DNA of 50,563 nucleotides from a virus: IMG/VR virus record IMGVR_UViG_3300045988_105923; one strand, 5' to 3'. Shown piece by piece: positions 49,738 to 50,563 of this stretch (position 1 is its first letter; each line of letters starts with the position of its first letter). The notes under the pieces were generated by a model. It saw only the letters and a program-made list of their open reading frames with translations, ran no database searches and was not told where the DNA came from. The position numbers and the translations under genes were made by a program.

Positions 49738-50502
49738 ATGAAAAAATCTACACGAATGATGTTGATGTCCGGAAGCCGCAGAAACTATGATGTGGAAGAT
49801 CGTGGGTATCGCCGTTACTCTGATGGCCGCTTTGCACCTCGCAATGAAAGCGACATGTGGGTGGAGGATAAGTTCCGTGACCGTCGTGGCCGCGAGCACT
49901 ACGATAATGGCCGGTATGCTCCCATGAGTTATTACGACGAACACTTGCACGGAAACTATGGCGGCCCAGAGTCCCACTACCACATGACCCCCTATGTGCC
50001 TCCGGTCTATCAGGATGGCTCCATGCGCCACTATGATCGGGACTACTCTCTGCGACCCATGAATAAGATTGGCTTTTCCATGGAGGGGGAGATGAACAAA
50101 ATCCCGCCTGAGTTCAGCCACGATTATCGTGGTGACGAGATGGCGTACCGTCGCGGAGGCGAGCGCATGAGCGGCTATGGCTACGGTTCTGGTGTTGCTC
50201 CGTTTAGCAGAGAAATGGCTGAGGAGTGGACCCGGGAAATGAAGAACGAGGACGGCACTACCGGCCCTCACTGGACGATGGAACAAACCAACCAGATCAT
50301 GACGCAGAGGGGAATCAACTGCGACCCTGCGGAGTTCTACGCTGCTATGAACATGGTCTATTCCGATTACAGCAAGGTTGCTAAGAAGCTCAATGTCAGT
50401 AACATCGACTTCTATGCCGAAATTGCGAAAGCGTTTCTGGATGACCAGGACGCCGCTCCCGACAAGCTTGCTCGGTACTATGAGTTTGTCGTGAAGCACT
50501 GA
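49738..50502 (+). CDS. R/Y/H/D-rich low-complexity protein with a conserved-looking C-terminal helical domain
   Basis: An AAGGAGG RBS precedes the start. The N-terminal half is rich in RDRRGREHYDNGRYAP-type sequence. The C-terminus reads GPHWTMEQTNQ...MNMVYSDYSKVAKK...FYAEIAKAFLDDQDA. Confidence 0.7.
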   Translation: MKKSTRMMLMSGSRRNYDVEDRGYRRYSDGRFAPRNESDMWVEDKFRDRRGREHYDNGRYAPMSYYDEHLHGNYGGPESHYHMTPYVPPVYQDGSMRHYDRDYSLRPMNKIGFSMEGEMNKIPPEFSHDYRGDEMAYRRGGERMSGYGYGSGVAPFSREMAEEWTREMKNEDGTTGPHWTMEQTNQIMTQRGINCDPAEFYAAMNMVYSDYSKVAKKLNVSNIDFYAEIAKAFLDDQDAAPDKLARYYEFVVKH

Positions 50503-50563
50503 TGATAGTCCCCGCTCTCTCATGAGGGCGGGGATTATATTACATAATATTACTGCAACTACA
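50487..50563. repeat. Right copy of the 77-nt direct terminal repeat, identical to 1..77
   Basis: Read directly. It contains the last 16 nt of the 49738..50502 CDS and its terminator hairpin. Confidence 0.95.
50509..50534 (+). terminator. Hairpin terminator after the last cargo gene (also present at 23..48)
   Basis: TCCCCGCtCTC pairs with GAGgGCGGGGA around the loop tcat. T/A-rich sequence follows. Confidence 0.5.

Larger units (their letters stand above)
1..50563. mobile_element. Complete-looking temperate tailed-phage (siphovirus-type) genome or prophage
   Basis: It has an integrase, a repressor/Cro pair, replication, terminase, portal, capsid, tail, tape measure, holin and endolysin modules in canonical order. 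The ends are an identical 77-nt repeat. Confidence 0.9.

Noticed and set aside
49465-50523. A 352-aa minus-strand ORF over the last two cargo genes
   Set aside because: It is antisense to two forward genes that have strong RBSs. It lacks an RBS and would run across the terminal repeat and the terminator.

Overview
The window looks like a complete temperate siphovirus-type phage genome of about 50.5 kb from a Gram-positive, probably spore-forming Clostridia-like host. Host cues are GGAGG ribosome-binding sites, a Cheo-type LexA box, an SLH domain on the endolysin and sporulation-like cargo proteins. The first and last 77 nt are identical, so the sequence closes on itself, either as a circular assembly overlap or as a direct terminal repeat. 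In circular order the modules are: (i) a lysogeny and immunity module at 118-6364, with a large serine integrase, an NYN-domain protein, a CI-like and a Cro-like HTH pair, and several AT-rich reverse-strand membrane-protein morons; (ii) replication and recombination at 6.4-12.3 kb, with an AAA_24 ATPase, a DUF669 SSB-like protein, an ERCC4-like nuclease and a primase-helicase; (iii) a long run of small, translationally coupled, often Cys-rich early genes at 12.3-17.8 kb; (iv) an AT-rich accessory island at 18.1-19.3 kb carrying a TIR-like (ThsB-family) gene and a DUF4231/SLATT two-TM gene with a small opposite-strand gene between them, flanked by GC-rich non-coding segments that look structured; (v) packaging, head, tail and lysis genes at 19.7-46.2 kb; and (vi) a cargo region at 46.2-50.5 kb with a mini sigma-region-4-like protein, a second NYN protein and a 5-6 gene operon of low-complexity Cys/Gly/Tyr/His-rich proteins. 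The head module includes a MuF protein with a C-terminal toxin-like extension. The tail module is interrupted by a reverse-strand moron cluster. The tape measure gene contains seven 180-nt tandem repeats. All function calls rest on motif recognition by eye, because no database search could be run. The best candidates for an undescribed system are the TIR-like/SLATT island, the two NYN genes (one behind a promoter-terminator leader) and the terminal cargo operon.
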